Below the pieces are notes generated by a model that saw only the letters and a program-made list of their open reading frames with translations, was not told the DNA's origin and searched no databases. The translations under genes were made by a program, and so were the position numbers. A stretch of DNA of 63,897 nucleotides, counting the filler, from Globobulimina sp. (lineage: Eukaryota), in NCBI GenBank assembly GCA_003354225.1. It is 38 parts of 38 records of this genome, joined end to end, with 100 filler letters (N's around TTAATTAATTAA, not from the genome) between each part and the next. Parts side by side here need not be neighbours in the genome. Positions count along the whole stretch, not along the records: positions 60,632 to 62,214 come from PIVH01014519.1; positions 62,315 to 63,897 come from PIVH01014520.1; 36 more parts are not named here. The stretch is one strand, 5' to 3'. Shown in pieces: positions 61,033-63,897 of this stretch; the stretch's first letter is position 1, and the number at the start of each line of letters is the position of its first letter.

Positions 61033-61330
61033 CTGATGAGGCAATTTTAGATTGCTTTGAATCTGTTTCATATGAATTTAATACTGAATTTGGTTAAATT
61101 CATTAATGGAAAACAGATTCAAAGTTGGCAGACTAAAGCGTAAGTGCCATGTAATTAACTTTGAAAGTATTAGCACTCAGAAAAAAGTTAGTTAGCACTA
61201 GTCTAATTGAGAATGTGCTACTAACCATTTTCTGAAGCGAGACTTTTAATGTCTACTTTACAGTAGACTGGCGATCCTAAATATGGTTTATACGAGAGAA
61301 TATCGGCTAAGAGTCTCGACGACGAAACAG
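61033..61330 (+). ncRNA. Candidate structured non-coding element, copy B (homologous to 18893-19416)
   Basis: Dense helices: GCAAT/ATTGC, TTTGAATCTGTTT/AAACAGATTCAAA, TGGCA/TGCCA, TCAGAAAA/TTTTCTGA, CGAGACTTTTA/TAAGAGTCTCG, GTCTACT/AGTAGAC. Confidence 0.5.
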
Positions 61331-62126
61331 AAATCACATTTGGGACAATCTAAAATCGACATTTTTTCAAATCATTTAAAACGCAATGGATATTGATATG
61401 GAAGACGTGGAATGGGTTTATGAATGAAAATGAACAGTTAATGGCCCTAAAAATTTACGAATGCGATGTCGCGTTTCCTCACTTTCCAAATCATAATTTG
61501 CCATAAATTCATCCTCATCCTGTCCTATCTCATCCTCATTGGCTACACCCGCACCATCATAATATCTATTCGCATGTCAGGAGACACCTCATCCTCTGCA
61601 TCATATTCATACTTTCTTGTTCCATCACATTTTTATTCAAAACCTCCTCAAATAAATGCGCCATATTCTGCACTCTACGCAGCAGAGCAAATACCTCTTT
61701 CTCCTTCGCATCCTTTCCAAGCCGCACTGTGTAATCCATCATAATCTCATTATGCCCCTCATCAAAAGTCACACACAGCTCCGCATAATACAACGTGCAT
61801 GTTTCACCTTCATATTATCAGATATTGTAATCGGTGCTTGATTCGCCATGGCGAGCCCTGCAATTTAATCGATGATATTTTGCGCAGATTCACGCGATAT
61901 TTATGTAGTTGCCACCGATCCCACCGTCCTTCACAATACCCCTTTTTATTATAATTAGCTATCGAGCAAATAACAAATCGCATTATAAATTGCCAATTAT
62001 AATGTAAAATATTGTTGCTATTGGGGAAAACATATTTGATTACATCTCCAAAATATTGTCAGATGTACACAATGGAAAAAATAATAAATAATGAAGTTCA
62101 CACTTCTAAACACTTCTTTTGTGTTT

Positions 62127-62214
62127 GGCAAGGTTTTCGAATACTAGGATTCGAATACTAGGTCAACTTCGAATACTAGGTTGAAAACCACTCTAGCTAA
62201 CCCAAAAACCTTGC
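62127..62214. mobile_element. ~90-bp MITE-like element with GCAAGGTTTT terminal inverted repeats and 3x TTCGAATACTAGG
   Basis: Starts GGCAAGGTTTT and ends AAAACCTTGC at the contig end; right arm also present at 6882-6916. Confidence 0.7.
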
Positions 62215-62503
62215 NNNNNNNNNNNNNNNNNNNNNNNNNNNNNNNNNNNNNNNNNNNNTTAATTAATTAANNNNNNNNNNNNNNNNNNNNNNNNNNNNNN
62301 NNNNNNNNNNNNNNGGATTGTTGACAGTTTTTTCCAATTTTTGATAGATTTTAAAACTTTCAAGAAGCCACGCCATGAGTAGTATGAACTTGGGCAAAAT
62401 AGAACAATTAATCTTATAAATAGACAATTATAATTGGTAGCTGACCATCTACATAATTAACTTAACTGTTATTTGCTTGGGACTGTGAAAACTTTTGAAG
62501 AAA

Positions 62504-63679
62504 ATGACAAGACATTCTACGCCATCAACACCGCTAAATTTAATCAAAGGAAGCTGTTTAATTGTTTTATCCCAAGCTTTGTTTGCTACTAACGATGCAA
62601 TTGTCAAATTTAGCGGATTACAGCTGACTCAGTTGCTCTTTGGTAGATTTATTACACAATTGTTATTAGCCACAATTTATTGGAAATGGAAATCATTTCC
62701 CACCCACAAATGGTATGGCAACGAAGGAGATGTTTTGAGCATTTGGTTACGCGGATTCTTCCATTTTACGTTAGTAATAACTTTCTATTTTGCGATTTAT
62801 CGACTACCGTTAGGCGATGCCATTTGTATATTTTATACATCACAATATTTGACTGCATTTCTTGCCCATTGTTTATTAAAAGAAGAATTACCAAAATGGT
62901 TCATATTAATACCATCATTGTTCTTGACACTCATCGGAAATATACTGATATCACAGCCAACGTTCATATTTCATCTATTATTGGAAGATGATGAATATGA
63001 GCAGTTAAATGTGACCGGGTTGATCTCAATAACTATATCTATGATTTGTCTCTCTTTTTGGGTATTATTGACAAGAAAATCGAAAAATGCTCATTGGATA
63101 CAGATGGAATTTGCAGCGTCAGTTCAAACAGTATTCGTTTTGGCTCCATTAATGTTTCTGATAAATCAGTTGAGTTTCACTGTGCCTTCATAAACAAACA
63201 CAAAGCAAACGGAATATATAAATATTATCTGCATGTACTTGTTTTGGGTTTGTTTATGGTTTCGAATTCATTCTAGAGCTATCGGTTTTAATTATATTTC
63301 CTTGGTTTTTGATATGAATTCGATTGTTATAATGAGTGTTGTTGGAGTAATTGGATTTGCTTCATTAGCTTCGATGGTGATGGGATATCAATATGGCGAT
63401 GTTACGAAAATAATATGGTTAGAATATATAAACATTGTATTTGCGTTCAGTTATCAAGTGTATCTATGGCATGATGTTCCTAATTTGTATGAGATTGTTG
63501 GAGTAATATTAATTTTTATTGGATGCACATTGCCGTTGTTCAGACAAATGTATCTTTACTGGAACCAACAACGTCAAATTTATGAGTTAGTTAATGTTGA
63601 GTCTTCCATTGATGATATGAGTCATATGCCAGTTGTTTCTGGCTCTTGCTTCGATTCAGTTGCTGTTGATGATAATTAA
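62504..63679 (+). CDS. EamA/DMT superfamily transporter (SLC35G-like); intron 63169-63276
   Basis: ~10 TM helices; DAIVKFSG, QLLFGRF, IWLRG, LPLGDAICIFYT, AH.LLKE, ISQP.FIF, GYQYG. Confidence 0.9.
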
Positions 63680-63728
63680 TGTACATATATATTAATCATG
63701 ATATCTTATTTAGTTATCTTATTTTAGT

Positions 63729-63838
63729 ATTTTATCAGAAGTCAGTTATATCGCGTAGCGCCGCACCCCCGAGGTGCGAAAAACTTTGTTTTTAGAAACA
63801 CGTTACCAAACAAGATACTTACTGACTTCTGATACAAT
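63729..63838. mobile_element. ~110-bp MITE-like element
   Basis: Perfect 14-bp inverted repeat TATCAGAAGTCAGT (63733-63746) / ACTGACTTCTGATA (63821-63834); interior matches 29335-29397. Confidence 0.75.
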
Positions 63839-63897
63839 GTTTTACCTAAAAAAGAAAATGTGATTGAAGAATTTTATGTATTACATACAAAGCAATA

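Noticed and set aside
61033-61065. Hammerhead ribozyme core (CTGATGA + stem)
   Set aside because: The stem is followed by TTTGAAT rather than GAAA, stems I and III are absent, and the homolog has CAGATGA.
61124-61205. Group I intron R/S elements (CAGACTAAA ... TAGTC)
   Set aside because: No AAGATA J8/7 or P/Q elements found, and copy A has AGAGT at the equivalent position.
61466-61850. Short minus-strand ORF next to the structured element as its partner protein
   Set aside because: Frameshifted, convergent, no nuclease or RT motifs, and no counterpart beside copy A.
1586-62314. Regularly spaced TTAATTAATTAA palindrome every ~1684 bp (array- or CRISPR-like periodicity)
   Set aside because: Embedded in N runs, stops in six frames, contigs sorted by length: artificial linker. 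ORFs ending in X..LIN are artefacts.
1-63897. Operon or gene-cluster interpretation of neighbouring genes
   Set aside because: Contigs are unlinked; only neighbours within a contig are meaningful.

Overview
This window is not one locus. It is 38 short contigs (1585, 1584 then 1583 bp, sorted by length) joined by 37 identical 100-bp artificial linkers (N44-TTAATTAATTAA-N44, a six-frame stop spacer), so adjacency across linkers means nothing. Most contigs come from an AT-rich eukaryote using the standard code, with mostly 55-130 nt GT-AG introns. The gene content (Cys-rich surface repeats, G-alpha, many MATH/SAM/ART-like proteins) suggests a foraminiferan or other rhizarian; this is inference. 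Recognisable genes: SEC13, two pectin acetylesterase/Notum-like genes, lipase maturation factor, NCKX exchanger, CSRNP-like, DUF1769, arylsulfatase, RING-H2 E3, RCC1 repeat, ENT transporter, G-alpha, EamA/DMT, PqaA/AprA-like, DOMON, TmpA-like flavoprotein, dCache receptor and an SF1 helicase-SAM fusion. Mobile DNA includes DIRS-like gag and tyrosine recombinase fragments and three MITE-like families. Several contigs carry abrupt bacterial-looking segments (probable amplification chimeras) and many ORFs are frameshifted. The best novelty candidate is a pair of homologous, highly structured non-coding elements on two unlinked contigs (18893-19416 and 61033-61330) sharing ordered motifs and compensatory base pairs. 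Second is a set of ADP-ribosyltransferase-like, MATH and SAM domain fusions.
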